A DNA stretch of 32,000 bases from Candidatus Saccharimonadota bacterium (GCA_036689235.1 CP144769.1:30001-62000), one strand, 5' to 3'. Numbered from the stretch's first letter, positions 11,030 through 22,236 are shown. Numbers and translations are program-made. Notes: generated by a model from the sequence alone, not told the origin.

Positions 11030-11416
11030 ATGAATATTTTATCTAAAGGTCGTTATATAAAATCTTCTTGTAGAAAATTAAGATTAGTTGCTAATTTAAT
11101 TAGAGGTAAAAATGTTATTAATGCTTTAAATATATTAAATTTTACTAATAAGAAATCTTCTTTATTAATTAAAAAAGTTTTATTATCTGCTATATTTAAT
11201 GCTTATAATAAATATAATATTAATAAAAAATTTTTATTAGTATCAAAAATATATATAGATCATGCATCTTCTTCTAAAAGAATTATACCTAGAGCTAAAG
11301 GAAGATTAAATTATATATTAAAAAAAACTAGTCATATAACTTTATATTTGTCAAAAATTAATTTAAATAATAATAATTTAAGTGGTAAATTATATGGGAC
11401 AAAAAGTAAATCCTAA
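11030..11416 (+). CDS. rplV: 50S ribosomal protein L22
   Basis: 128-aa ORF in the conserved position with an L22 pattern (SCRKLRLVANLIRGKNVINALNILNFTNKKSS...IYIDHASSSKRIIPRAKGR). Confidence 0.92.
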   Translation: MNILSKGRYIKSSCRKLRLVANLIRGKNVINALNILNFTNKKSSLLIKKVLLSAIFNAYNKYNINKKFLLVSKIYIDHASSSKRIIPRAKGRLNYILKKTSHITLYLSKINLNNNNLSGKLYGTKSKS

Positions 11417-12113
11417 TGTTATGCGTTTAGGTATAACAAAAATGTGAAATTCTACATGATTTGTTAATAAGAAAGATTTTGCTAGTAATTTATATAGTGA
11501 TTATAAAGTTCGTAAATATTTGAATAAAAAGTTATCTAATGCTTTAATATCTAAAATATTAATTGAAAGACCTGCAAAAAAAAGTATAAAAATTATAATA
11601 TATACTGCTAGACCTGGTATAGTTATAGGTAAAAAAGGTGAAGATATAGAAAAACTTAAAAAAAAAATTTCTATTATAACTGGTGTTCCTTCTCAAATAA
11701 ATATTTTAGAAATTCGTAGACCTGAATTGGATTCTAAATTAGTAGCAGATAATGTTGCTTTTCAATTAGAAAAACGTATGATGTTTAGAAGAGTTATGAA
11801 AAGAGTTATTTATAATGCTATTCGTTTAGGATGTAAAGGTATAAAAATAAAGCTTAGTGGAAGATTGGGAGGTTCAGAAATTGCTAGAACTGAATGGTAT
11901 AAAGAAGGTTGTATACCTTTACATACATTGAGAGCTGATATAGATTATAGTTTTAAAAAAGCTTATACTAATTATGGTGTAATAGGAATAAAAATTTGAA
12001 TATTTAAAGGTGAAATATTAGATAAATTATATCCTATAAAATTATATTATAATAATATTATGAGTTTTAAAAAATATTTAAAGAATAATAAAAAAAATTA
12101 TATTGGAAAATAA
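11394..12113 (+). CDS. rpsC: 30S ribosomal protein S3
   Basis: ATG 11394 gives [30 protein letters not shown], in frame with ORF piece 11520..11999. It continues past TGA (GIKI-W-IFKGEI) to TAA 12111-12113. 239 aa; overlaps rplV by 23 nt. Confidence 0.96.
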
Positions 12114-12116
12114 TTT

Positions 12117-12551
12117 ATGATTTTATATCCTAAAAGAACTAAATATAAAAAAATGCAAAAAGGTCGTAATAAAGGTTGATCTAATGATACTGAAATTATT
12201 TTTGGTAAATATGCATTAAAATCTATTACTAGAGGACATATATCTTCTAAACAAATAGAAGCAGCAAGAAGAGTTATTACTCGTTCTATTAAAAAACAAG
12301 GTTTTTTATGAATAAGAATGTTTCCTGATAAACCTATTACTAAAAAACCTTTAGAAATAAGAATGGGAAAAGGAAAAGGCAATGTTGAATATTGAGTTGC
12401 TGTTATTAAACCTGGTAAAATATTATATGAATTAGATGGGATTAGTGAATATGTTGCTAAAAGAGCATTTAAATTAGCTAGTGCTAAATTATCTGTAAAA
12501 ACAATTTTTGTAATAAAAAATAATTTATTATGTCAAACAATAAATTTTTAA
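12117..12551 (+). CDS. rplP: 50S ribosomal protein L16
   Basis: Missed by the ORF track. [22 protein letters not shown]...[61 protein letters not shown], with TAA 12549-12551. 144 aa. Confidence 0.96.
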
Positions 12552-12736
12552 GAGATAAAAGTATAAATAATTTAAAAAATGATTTACATATTTTATTTAA
12601 AAAAAAATTTAGTTTACGTATGCAATTATCTTTAAATAGAATTAAAAAAAATCATTTAATTCGTGAATGTAAAAAAAATATATCTATTATTAAAACTATT
12701 TTAAGAGAGAAGTGTATAAATGATAAAAAAAAATAA
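12530..12736 (+). CDS. rpmC: 50S ribosomal protein L29
   Basis: 68-aa ORF with [55 protein letters not shown], which matches the L29 pattern and position. Overlaps rplP by 22 nt. Confidence 0.9.
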   Translation: MSNNKFLRDKSINNLKNDLHILFKKKFSLRMQLSLNRIKKNHLIRECKKNISIIKTILREKCINDKKK

Positions 12737-12959
12737 TATTAAAAAAGGTATTGTGATAAGTAATAAAATGAATAAAACTGTAGTAGTTTTAATTAATAGA
12801 TTATTAAAACATAAAATTTATGTAAAATATATTAAAAAAAGTTCTAAAATATTTGTTCATGATGAATATAATAAATGTAATTTAGGTGATATTGTACTTA
12901 TAAAAGAATTTCGTCCTTTATCTAAAAAAAAATCATGAATATTATATAAAAAAATATAA
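12720..12959 (+). CDS. rpsQ: 30S ribosomal protein S17
   Basis: ORF piece 12720..12938 ends at TGA in the conserved RPLSKKKS-W motif and continues to TAA 12957-12959. 79 aa. Confidence 0.93.
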
Positions 12960-12972
12960 ATTAAATAAGAAT

Positions 12973-13341
12973 ATGATTCAAGAAAGATCTTTATTATTAG
13001 TTTCAGATAATACTGGTGTTAAATTAGTAATGTGTATAAAAGTATTAGGAGGAACTAAATTTAAATATGCAAATATTGGTAATATAATTAAAGTAGTTAT
13101 TAAAGAAATTAATTCTAAAAGTAAAATTAAAAAAGGAGATGTATTTAAGGCATTAATTATAAGAACAAAATATGGAATACATAGAAAAGATGGTTCTTTT
13201 ATAAAATTTGATAATAATTCTTGTGTTATATTAAATGATAATAATCAACCATTAGGAACAAGAATTTTTGGTCCTATTACAAGAGAATTAAAATATGATA
13301 AATTTAATAAAATTGTTTCTCTTGCATCTGAAGTAATTTAA
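12973..13341 (+). CDS. rplN: 50S ribosomal protein L14
   Basis: 122-aa [30 protein letters not shown]...[12 protein letters not shown]-like, canonical L14. Confidence 0.96.
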   Translation: MIQERSLLLVSDNTGVKLVMCIKVLGGTKFKYANIGNIIKVVIKEINSKSKIKKGDVFKALIIRTKYGIHRKDGSFIKFDNNSCVILNDNNQPLGTRIFGPITRELKYDKFNKIVSLASEVI

Positions 13342-13354
13342 TTTGGAATAAATT

Positions 13355-13690
13355 ATGTCTTGTAAATTTCGTATAAATGATGAAGTAATTATAATTACAG
13401 GTAAAGATAAAGGTAAAAAAGGTATAATTAAAAAGATTAGATTTAATAAAGTTATAGTTAATAATATAAATTTAGTTTATAAAAATATAAAATCTAATCC
13501 TATAAATAATATTGTTGGTAAAATTATTAAAAGAGAATCTTGAATAGATATATCTAATATAAGTCATTTTATTATTGATAAAAATAATAAAATTATTTTT
13601 TCTAAAATAGGTTTTAAATATTTAGAAAATAAAAAAAAAATTCGTTATTTAAAATATAATAATAAAAATTTATTAGTTGATAAAAAATAA
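13355..13690 (+). CDS. rplX: 50S ribosomal protein L24
   Basis: ORF piece 13355..13543 (KFRINDEVIIITGKDKGKKGIIKKI) ends at TGA, and the frame continues to TAA 13688-13690. 111 aa. Confidence 0.9.
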
Positions 13691-13691
13691 T

Positions 13692-14231
13692 ATGAGTATT
13701 TTATGTAATTTGTATAAAAATATTATTGTGTATAATTTTATTAAAAAATTTAATTGTAAATCTATTATGGAAGTTCCTAAAATTATTAAAATAGTTTTAA
13801 GTGTTAGTTTAAATTCTATAAATTTATCTAAAAATAGATTAAATGATGTATTATTAAATTTAAAATTAATTTCTGGTCAATTACCAGTTATTATAAAATC
13901 CAAAAAATCTATATCTGATTTTAAAATACGTAAAAATTTTCCTATTGGATGTAAAGTAACTTTAAGAAAAAAATTAATGTGATTTTTTTTAGATAAATTA
14001 ATATTTATAGTTATTCCTAGAATTAGAGATTTTAGAGGTATTTCTAAAAATTCTTTTGATAAATGTGGAAATTTAAATATTGGTATTAAAGAACATATTA
14101 TATTTCCTGAAATTGATTATGAAAAAACTAAATATATTCATGGAATGAATATTTCTATTATTATAAAAAATAAAAGTATTAAAGAATCTATATTTTTATT
14201 AAATTGTTTTTCTTTTCCTTTTAAAAAATAA
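13692..14231 (+). CDS. rplE: 50S ribosomal protein L5
   Basis: ATG 13692 gives MSILCNLYKNIIVYNFIKKFNCKSIMEVPKIIKIVLSVSLN. It passes TGA 13980-13982 (KKLM-W-FFLDKLIFIVIPRIRDFRGIS...) and stops at TAA 14229-14231. 179 aa. The ORF track starts it at TTG 13677, inside rplX. Confidence 0.93.
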
Positions 14232-14248
14232 ATAATTAATATTTTATT

Positions 14249-14554
14249 ATGACTAAAAAATCTATTATAGCACGTGAAAATAAAAGAATAAAATTAATTA
14301 AAAAATATTATTATAAAAAAATTAATTTAAAAAAAATTATTTCTAATAAAAAATCTTCTGGTAAAAAAAGGTGAAATGCTTTAGTTAAATTACAATCTTT
14401 ACCTAGAAATTCTAGTATTTGTAGACATCGTAATAGATGTATATTAACGGGAAGAGCTCATGGTTTTTTACGTAAATTTGGTTTAAGTAGAATTAAATTT
14501 CGTGAATTTGCTGTTAAGGGTAATATTCCTGGTTTGAAAAAATCTAGTTGGTAA
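14249..14554 (+). CDS. rpsN: 30S ribosomal protein S14
   Basis: Missed by the ORF track. [20 protein letters not shown]...[63 protein letters not shown]. 101 aa. The internal Trp is TGA and the terminal Trp is TGG. Confidence 0.95.
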
Positions 14555-14575
14555 TTTAATATTTATGGTGAATTT

Positions 14576-14974
14576 ATGAGTATGCAAGATTCTATATCAG
14601 ATATGCTTACATGTATAAGAAATGCTCAAATTTCTAAAAAAAAAAAAGTAATTATTTATTATACTAAATTTAAGTGTTCCATTTTGAATATTATTTATTC
14701 TGAAGGTTATATAAAAAAATTTAATATTTTTTTTGATATTTATAAAAAAAAAAAAATATTAATATATTTAAAATATTATTTAAATAAATCTGTAATTTCA
14801 TATATAAAAAGAATAAGTCGTCCAGGTTTACGTGTATATAAATCTTGTAAAAATATACCTTTATTAAAATCTGGTTTAGGTATAGTTATTTTATCTACAT
14901 CTAAAGGTGTTTTATCGGATAAGGAAGCTCGTTCTTTAAATGTAGGTGGAGAAATAATTTGTTATATATTTTAA
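14576..14974 (+). CDS. rpsH: 30S ribosomal protein S8
   Basis: 132-aa ORF MSMQDSISDMLTCIRNAQ...GLGIVILSTSKGVLSDKEARSLNVGGEIICYIF, canonical S8. Confidence 0.96.
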   Translation: MSMQDSISDMLTCIRNAQISKKKKVIIYYTKFKCSILNIIYSEGYIKKFNIFFDIYKKKKILIYLKYYLNKSVISYIKRISRPGLRVYKSCKNIPLLKSGLGIVILSTSKGVLSDKEARSLNVGGEIICYIF

Positions 14975-14991
14975 ATGTAAGGTTATAATAT

Positions 14992-15537
14992 ATGTCAAGA
15001 ATTGCAAAAAAACCTATTATAATTCCTAAAAATATAAAAATAAATATTATTGGTAATAAAATTATTATATTAAAAGATAATTTAGTTATTGAAAAATTAA
15101 TTCATTATTCTGTTTTACCTATAATAAAAAAGAATAAAATTATTTTTGTTAATTATAATTGTTATTCTAAGAAATATTTAATGTATGCTGGTACTGTTAG
15201 ATCAATAATTAATAATATTTTAATTGGTTTAAAAAAGAAATTTAAAAAAAAATTATTATTAATTGGTATTGGATATAAAGCTTATATTGATAATAATATA
15301 TTATTTTTAAATTTAGGTTTTTCTTATATTATTAAATATAATATACCTAATTATATAAATATAGTTTGTTTAAATAATAATGAAATTTTAATTACAGGTT
15401 TTGATAAACAAAAAGTTGGTCAAGTAGCAGCTGATATAAGATTTTTTAAAAAACCTGAATGTTATAAACAAGGTAAAGGAATAAGATATAGTGATGAATT
15501 TGTTAAAATTAAAGAACATAAAAAAAAAGATAAGTAG
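14992..15537 (+). CDS. rplF: 50S ribosomal protein L6
   Basis: 181-aa [22 protein letters not shown]...[30 protein letters not shown]. Stop is TAG. Confidence 0.94.
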   Translation: MSRIAKKPIIIPKNIKINIIGNKIIILKDNLVIEKLIHYSVLPIIKKNKIIFVNYNCYSKKYLMYAGTVRSIINNILIGLKKKFKKKLLLIGIGYKAYIDNNILFLNLGFSYIIKYNIPNYINIVCLNNNEILITGFDKQKVGQVAADIRFFKKPECYKQGKGIRYSDEFVKIKEHKKKDK

Positions 15538-15545
15538 ATAATTAT

Positions 15546-15905
15546 ATGTTTAATAAATATAAAAAACGTTTAATTAGATGTAAAAAAATACGTTCATTAT
15601 ATAAAATACAAAATAAAATTTGTTTAGTAGTATATAGAACTTCTCGTCATATTTATGCTCAAATTATAAAATATGATAATTATATATCAAAAGTATTATT
15701 ATCTGCTTCTAGTTTAGAAAAAAAATATTTTAATAAAAAATATACTGGAAATAAAATTTCTGCTTGTATTGTTGGAAAAAATATAGCTAAAAGAGCAGTT
15801 AATAAAGGTATTACTAATATTGTATTTGATCGTTCTGGATATAAATATCATGGTCGTATAAAATGTTTGGCAGAATATGCTAGAAAATATGGTTTATTAT
15901 TTTAA
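15546..15905 (+). CDS. rplR: 50S ribosomal protein L18
   Basis: 119-aa ORF with [15 protein letters not shown]...[27 protein letters not shown], canonical L18. Confidence 0.95.
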   Translation: MFNKYKKRLIRCKKIRSLYKIQNKICLVVYRTSRHIYAQIIKYDNYISKVLLSASSLEKKYFNKKYTGNKISACIVGKNIAKRAVNKGITNIVFDRSGYKYHGRIKCLAEYARKYGLLF

Positions 15906-15922
15906 AACTTAATTATAAAAAT

Positions 15923-16420
15923 ATGAAAAAAATAAATGTTAATAGTGAATATTATGAAAAATTAATATTTGTTAATAGAATTTCTAAAACTGTTAAAGGA
16001 GGTAGAATATTTTCTTTTTCTGCTTTAACAGTTATAGGTAATAAAAATGGAAAAGTAGGATATGGATATGCTAAAGCTAAAGAAGTTCCATTAGCTATAC
16101 AAAAATCTTTAAATAATTCTCGTAGAAATATTATTTCTGTATCTTTAAATAAAAATAAAACTTTGAGATATTCTATAAATTATTTTTATAAAAGTACTAC
16201 AATTTTTATTAAACCTACTTCTTTTGGTACAGGAATTATAGCTGGTAAAACTATGAAATTTTTATTTGAAGTTGCTGGTATTAAAAATATTTTATGTAAA
16301 TGTTATGGTTCTACTAATCCTTTAAATGTTGTAAAAGCAACTTTTAAAGCTTTGTATAATATACAATCTCTTTTATTTATTGCTAATAAAAGAGGTAAAT
16401 TTTTGAAAGAAATATTTTAA
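15923..16420 (+). CDS. rpsE: 30S ribosomal protein S5
   Basis: 165-aa ORF with EKLIFVNRISKTVKGGRIFSFSALTVIGNKNGKVGYGYAKAKEVPLAIQKS, canonical S5. Confidence 0.95.
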   Translation: MKKINVNSEYYEKLIFVNRISKTVKGGRIFSFSALTVIGNKNGKVGYGYAKAKEVPLAIQKSLNNSRRNIISVSLNKNKTLRYSINYFYKSTTIFIKPTSFGTGIIAGKTMKFLFEVAGIKNILCKCYGSTNPLNVVKATFKALYNIQSLLFIANKRGKFLKEIF

Positions 16421-16444
16421 ATTATTTAATTTGGATTACTAATT

Positions 16445-16867
16445 ATGTTATTTTTAAATAATATATATATTAAAAATAAAAATAAAAGATCTAAACGTTT
16501 AGGTAGAGGTATAGGATCTGGTTTAGGTAAAACTAGTGGTAGAGGTCATAAAGGTCAAAAGTCTAGATCAGGATTTAATATTAAAAAATATTTTGAAGGA
16601 GGACAAACTCCTTTTTATCGTAGAATACCTAAATTTGGTTTTAAAAGTAAAAAAAATATTCTTTATAAAGAGTTATCTTTAGATAAATTAAATATGTTTA
16701 ATAATAATGATATTATAAGTTTAAAATTATTAAAAAAAAAAAAAATTATTAAATATAATATTAAATTTGTAAAAATAATATTAGGAAAAAAAATATTTAA
16801 AAAAAAAATTAAAATATTAGATAATAATATTAAATTATCATTTAAAGTTAGTAATATTTTAAAATAG
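16445..16867 (+). CDS. rplO: 50S ribosomal protein L15
   Basis: 140-aa ORF with [29 protein letters not shown]...[15 protein letters not shown]. It follows rpsE after only 24 nt, leaving no room for rpmD. Stop is TAG. Confidence 0.94.
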   Translation: MLFLNNIYIKNKNKRSKRLGRGIGSGLGKTSGRGHKGQKSRSGFNIKKYFEGGQTPFYRRIPKFGFKSKKNILYKELSLDKLNMFNNNDIISLKLLKKKKIIKYNIKFVKIILGKKIFKKKIKILDNNIKLSFKVSNILK

Positions 16868-16899
16868 TTAATTTATAAATATATATATTAAGGATAAAT

Positions 16900-18213
16900 A
16901 TGAGTATAAAAAATATTTTATTTAATTCTTTATTAAATAATTTAAAGGATTTAAAAAATAGAATAATATATTTATTTTTTTATATATTTATATTACGTAT
17001 AGGAAATTTTATTTTAATACCTGGTATTAATATATATATATTAAATAATATATTTAGGAATATTTCAAATATTAATTTTATTAATATATTTAATATAATT
17101 TCTGGTATAAATATACTTAATTTTTCTATATTTTCTTTAGGAATTATACCTTATATTTCGTCTTCTATTATTATTCAATTATTAACTATAATTTTTCCTT
17201 ATTTTATAAAATTAAAAAATAATATTTATGGTAAATATTTAATAAATAAATATATAAAATATTTAACTTTATTTTTATCTATAATACAATCTATAATAAT
17301 ATTTATTATTATAAATAAATTTAATAATTATAATAATAGTATTTTTTTATATGATAATTTTATTATTTATGTTACTTCAATTGTTAGTTTAATTACAGGA
17401 ACTATGTTTTTATTATGATTAAATGAACAAATTTCTAAAAATTCTTTAGGTAATGGTATATCTATTATAATGTTAGTTAATATAATATCTAATTTATATA
17501 ATTTTTTATATAATTTATTAAATATAATTAATATTATATCTTATATAAAATTATTTTTAGTTTTTTTAATAGTTATATTTATTATATATTTAATATTTTT
17601 TATTGAAATGGCTGAAAGAAGAATATTAATTATTTATCCATCTAAAAGATTTATAAATATTAAATATTTTTTTTCTTCTTATAATAATTTTTTACCTTTA
17701 AAAATAAATATGGCTGGAATAATGCCATCTGTTTTTGCTTCTAGTATTATGTTAATTCCTTATATTATTTTATTATTTTTAAATAATTTTATTAAATTTA
17801 ATTTTTTATTTTATTTATATAATTTATTTTATCCAAAAAATTTTTTATATTTATTAATTTATATATTTTTTATTATATTTTTTTATTTTTTTTATACTTT
17901 ATTATTATATAATTCAAATAATATTTCTAAAAATTTAAGTAAAAATAATGCTTATATTCCTGGAGTAAGACCTGGTAAAGATACATCTATTTTTTTAAGA
18001 AATATTATTTTAAGATTAACTTTATTTGGATCTTTGTATATATTAATAATATGTTTAATTTCTGATTTTATATATAATATATTAAATATTAATATTAATT
18101 TTAATTTTATATCTTTATTAATAGTTATTATTGTTTTTATGGAAATTATATTTCAAATAAAATCTTTAATTATATCAAATAATTATTTTTCTATTATTAA
18201 AAAATACAATTAA
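16900..18213 (+). CDS. secY: preprotein translocase subunit SecY
   Basis: Pieces 16900..17418 and 17470..18213 share a frame and are joined at TGA (GTMFLL-W-LNEQISKNSLGNGISIIM, the conserved SecY motif). 437 aa, highly hydrophobic. Confidence 0.93.
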
Positions 18214-18219
18214 ATATAT

Positions 18220-18336
18220 ATGAAAGTAAGAACTTCTGTTAAAAAAATTTGTTCTTTTTGTAAAATTATAAAACGTCATGGTGTATTACATGTTATTTGT
18301 AAAAATAATCCTAAACATAAACAACGTCAAGGTTAA
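18220..18336 (+). CDS. rpmJ: 50S ribosomal protein L36
   Basis: 38-aa ORF absent from the track: [38 protein letters not shown], canonical L36 with its Zn-ribbon Cys/His. Starts 6 nt after secY. Confidence 0.95.
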   Translation: MKVRTSVKKICSFCKIIKRHGVLHVICKNNPKHKQRQG

Positions 18337-18353
18337 ATTAAGGAAAATTAGTA

Positions 18354-18710
18354 ATGGTAATTAGAATTTGTGGAGTAAATATTGTTGATAATAAATCTAT
18401 ATTATTTGCTTTAACTTCTATATATGGTATAGGTAAATCACGTTCTAAATTAATTTGTGATAAATTAAATATTAATTATTATGTTAAAATTAAAGATTTA
18501 GATAATTCTAAAATATTAAGTATTAGAAAAATTATTTCTAATTTTATATTAGAAGGAGATCTTAGAAGAGAGATTATGTTAAATATTAAAAGGTTAATTG
18601 ATATAAATTGTTATCGTGGTATAAGACATAAAAAAAAATTACCAGTACATGGACAACGTACTAGAACTAATGCTAAAACTTGTAAAAAATTACGTAAAAT
18701 TAAAAAATAA
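18354..18710 (+). CDS. rpsM: 30S ribosomal protein S13
   Basis: 118-aa [41 protein letters not shown]...[23 protein letters not shown]. Confidence 0.96.
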   Translation: MVIRICGVNIVDNKSILFALTSIYGIGKSRSKLICDKLNINYYVKIKDLDNSKILSIRKIISNFILEGDLRREIMLNIKRLIDINCYRGIRHKKKLPVHGQRTRTNAKTCKKLRKIKK

Positions 18711-18730
18711 TTTATTATTTAAATATTATT

Positions 18731-19123
18731 ATGTCTAAAATTAAAAATATTAAAAATATAAAAAAAAAAAAAAAACAAATAATTAATGGTATAGTTCATA
18801 TTTATGCTTCATTTAATAATACTATAATTAGTATTACTGATAAATTAGGAAATGTATTAGGTTGAAAAACATCAGGAGGTTCTGGTTTTAGAGGTTCTAG
18901 GAAATCTACACCTTTTGCTGCTCAAATAGCAGCTGAAAAATGTGCTGAAAAAGTTAAATTATATGGTTTAAAAAATTTAGAAGTTATGGTAAATGGTCCT
19001 GGACCTGGAAGGGAATCTAGTATAAGAGCATTATATAATGCTGGTTTTAATATTATTAGTATTAATGATATTACTCCTATACCTCATAATGGTTGTCGTC
19101 CACCTAAAAAAAGACGTATATAA
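18731..19123 (+). CDS. rpsK: 30S ribosomal protein S11
   Basis: Missed by the ORF track. [69 protein letters not shown]...[11 protein letters not shown], with TAA 19121-19123. Contains an A16 run at 18760-18775. Confidence 0.95.
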
Positions 19124-19145
19124 TAAAATAAATAAGAGAAATTAA

Positions 19146-19766
19146 ATGTCTAAATATTTAGGTCCTAAATTAAAATTAAGTCGTAGAGAAGGTATTGATT
19201 TATATTTAAAATCTAATTTACGTAATATTGAATCAAAATGTAAAATAGATAAATTACCTGGACAACATTATTTTAAAAAAAGTAGATTATCTGATTTTGC
19301 TATTCAATTAAGAGAAAAACAGAAAGTTCGTCGTATATATTGTATTTTAGAAAAACAATTTTTAAATTATTATAAAAAATCTGTTCGTTTAAAAGGTAAT
19401 ACAAGTGAAATTTTGTTTTCTTTTTTAGAAAGAAGATTAGATAATGTTGTTTATAGAATGGGTTTTGGTTGTACTCGTTATGAATCTCGTCAATTAATTA
19501 ATCATAAATTTATTTTGGTTAATAAAAAAAATGTTAATATTCCTTCATTTTTGGTTTCACCTAATGATTTAATTAGTATATCAAATAAAGGTAAAAATCA
19601 AGATCGTATTAAATATTCTTTGGAATTATTTAAACAACGTAAACAAATTAATTGAATAGATGTAAATATTAAAAAAATGGAAGGTAAATTTAAATTTATT
19701 CCTAAAATAAAATATATATATAATGACATTAAAGAACATCTTATTCTAGAATTTTATTCTAAATAA
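19146..19766 (+). CDS. rpsD: 30S ribosomal protein S4
   Basis: ORF piece 19146..19655 ends at TGA ([20 protein letters not shown]...[10 protein letters not shown]) and continues to TAA 19764-19766. 206 aa. Confidence 0.95.
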
Positions 19767-19792
19767 ATATATATAAAGAGATATAATTAATT

Positions 19793-20788
19793 ATGATTGA
19801 TATTTTAAAAATTATAAAACCTAAATTAATAAAAATAAATAAAGTTTCAAATAATTCTTCTTTAATAATTTTAGAGCCTTTAGAAAGAGGTTTTGGTAAT
19901 ACTTTAGGAAATGTATTAAGACGTATATTATTATCATCTATTCCAGGTTATGCAATTACTGAATTAGAAATTGATGGTATTAATCATGAATATGGATTTA
20001 AAGAAGGTATATTAGAAGATGTAACAGAAATAATTTTAAATTTAAAAAATTTATCTATAAGTTTGAAAGATAATTTATCTGAATCTATATTAACTATTAA
20101 TAAAAAAAATATAGGTCCTGTTTTAGGATCTGATATTAAATCAAATGATAAATTTAATATAATTAATCCTAATCATGTTATATGTAATTTAACATCTATA
20201 AATTCTTCAATTTCAATGCGTATGAAAATTGAATTAGGAAAAGGTTATGTATCTTATTTATCTAAAATAGATAAATTTAAAAAAGATAGTAATAATTTAT
20301 TAATTGGTAAATTATTTATTGATTCATATTTTTCTCCAATAAGATGTGTTTCATATACTGTTGAAAATGCTAAATTAAAAGATTTTAATAATTTAGATAG
20401 ATTAATATTAAATATTAAAACAAATGGAACTATAGATCCTGAATTTGCTGTTCGTAAAGCTGCTAATATTTTAGTTAATCAATTAAAAATTTTTGTAAAT
20501 TTAAATGAAAATATAATAAGTAAAAAAAAAAATAAAGAAATAAAATTTGATAGTATTTTATTATCTTCTGTTGATGATTTAGATTTAACTGTTAGATCTG
20601 CGAATTGTTTAAAAACTGAATCTATAAATTATATAGGAGATTTAGTACAAAAAACTGAATTTGAATTATTAAAAACTCCAAATTTAGGTAAAAAATCTTT
20701 ATCCGAAATTAAAAATATATTATTATCTAAAGGATTGAAATTAGGTATGAAATTAGATGGTTGACCTCCTATAAATATAAAAAAATAA
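19793..20788 (+). CDS. rpoA: DNA-directed RNA polymerase subunit alpha
   Basis: ORF piece 19793..20764 ([30 protein letters not shown]...[23 protein letters not shown]) ends at TGA and continues for 7 codons to TAA 20786-20788. 331 aa. Confidence 0.96.
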
Positions 20789-20800
20789 TGAGGATTATAT

Positions 20801-21154
20801 ATGCGTCATAAAAAAAAAGGTCGTAAATTAAATATGACTAGTAGTCATAGAAAATTAATGTTTAGAAATATGATTAATTCTTTTATAAATTATGAGTTAA
20901 TTAAAACTACTTTATCTAAAGCGAAAGAATTAAGAATTTTAATAGAAAAAATAATAACTAAATCAAAAAAAAATAATTTACATAATAAAAGAATATTATT
21001 TTCTATTATTAGAAATAAAAAAAATGTTAATAAATTATTATATGTATTAGGACCTAGATATATAAAATATAATGGTGGTTATACTAAAATTTTAAAATGT
21101 GGTTTTAGAAATGGTGATAATGCTCCTTTAGCTTATATAAAATTTTTAATTTAG
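20801..21154 (+). CDS. rplQ: 50S ribosomal protein L17
   Basis: 117-aa ORF MRHKKKGRKLNMTSSHRKLMFRNMINSFINYELIKTTLSKAKELR, canonical L17. Confidence 0.95.
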   Translation: MRHKKKGRKLNMTSSHRKLMFRNMINSFINYELIKTTLSKAKELRILIEKIITKSKKNNLHNKRILFSIIRNKKNVNKLLYVLGPRYIKYNGGYTKILKCGFRNGDNAPLAYIKFLI

Positions 21155-21352
21155 TTATTTATAATTGTAATAATAATATTAAAATTTAATATTTTATATT
21201 TATAAAATAGAATTTATTTAAATTTAAATAATTTTATAATATTTTTTTTATTTATATTTAAATTATATTATTTTATATTTTATTAATTTTTTTGTAAAAA
21301 TATTTTTTTTAATTTTTATTAAATATTTTTATTATTATAAATAAAATAGTAT
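21155..21352. promoter_or_regulatory. AT-only spacer between rplQ and glyQ; presumed end of alpha operon and glyQS promoter
   Basis: 198 nt with almost no G or C and no ORF. It is the only sizeable gap in the + strand gene train 3703-24315. No stem-loop terminator is discernible. Confidence 0.3.
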
Positions 21353-22207
21353 ATGATTACTTTTAAAAAATTAATTTTTAAATTATATAAATATTGATCT
21401 AATTTAGGTAGTTGTATTATACAACCTATAGATATAGAAGTAGGTGCTGCTACTTTTCATCCTATGACTTTTTTTAATTGTCTTAATAATAAAAAAATTT
21501 TTTATTCTTATATACAATTATGTAGAAGACCTAATGATAGTAGATATGGATATAATAGTAATAAATTACAACAATATTATCAATTTCAAGTTATTAATAA
21601 ACCTTCTTTAATAAATATTAAAAAATTATATATAGAATCATTAAAATATTTAAATATTAATTTAAATATATCTGAATTACGTTTTATTGAAGATAATTGA
21701 GAAAATCCTACTTTAGGTGCATATGGTATAGGTTGAGAAATTTGATTAAATGGAATGGAAATTAGTCAATTTACTTATTTTAAAAAAATGGGGGGATTTA
21801 ATTGTATTTCTATACCTTGTGAAATTACTTATGGTTTAGAAAGAATATCTTTATATTTACAAAATGTAAATAATATAAGTAATTTAATTTGAGATGTTAA
21901 TGTTTTTGGAAAAATTAAATATATTGATATTTTAAATAGTGAAGTAGATAAATCTTATTATGTTTTTGATAAGTCGAATATAAATTTTTTAATTTTATGT
22001 ATGAATAATTATAAAAATGAGTCTTTACGATTAATTAATTTAAAAAAACCTTTAATTAAAGTTTCTTATGAATTTGCAATTAAAATGGTTTATTATTTTA
22101 ATTTATTAGATGCAAAAAATTATTTTTCTAAAATAGAAAGACAAGATAATATTTTATGTATTAGGAATATTTTTAATAAAATTGCTAATTTATATTTAAA
22201 TTTATAA
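21353..22207 (+). CDS. glyQ: glycine--tRNA ligase alpha subunit
   Basis: ATG 21353 gives [41 protein letters not shown]. It is in frame with pieces 21464..21700 and 22001..22207 and joined through TGA codons ([34 protein letters not shown]). 284 aa. Confidence 0.95.
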
Positions 22208-22236
22208 TTTATTTTTTTTTATTTTTAAGGATTTAA

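Noticed and set aside
12098-12382. 94-aa minus-strand ORF
   Set aside because: It is antisense to rplP, which is missing from the track only because of its TGA codons. The sense strand encodes a near-canonical L16.
13677-13691. TTG start for rplE as given in the ORF track
   Set aside because: It lies inside rplX. ATG 13692 gives an N-terminus (MSILCNLYKN..) that aligns with canonical L5 and yields the expected 179 aa.
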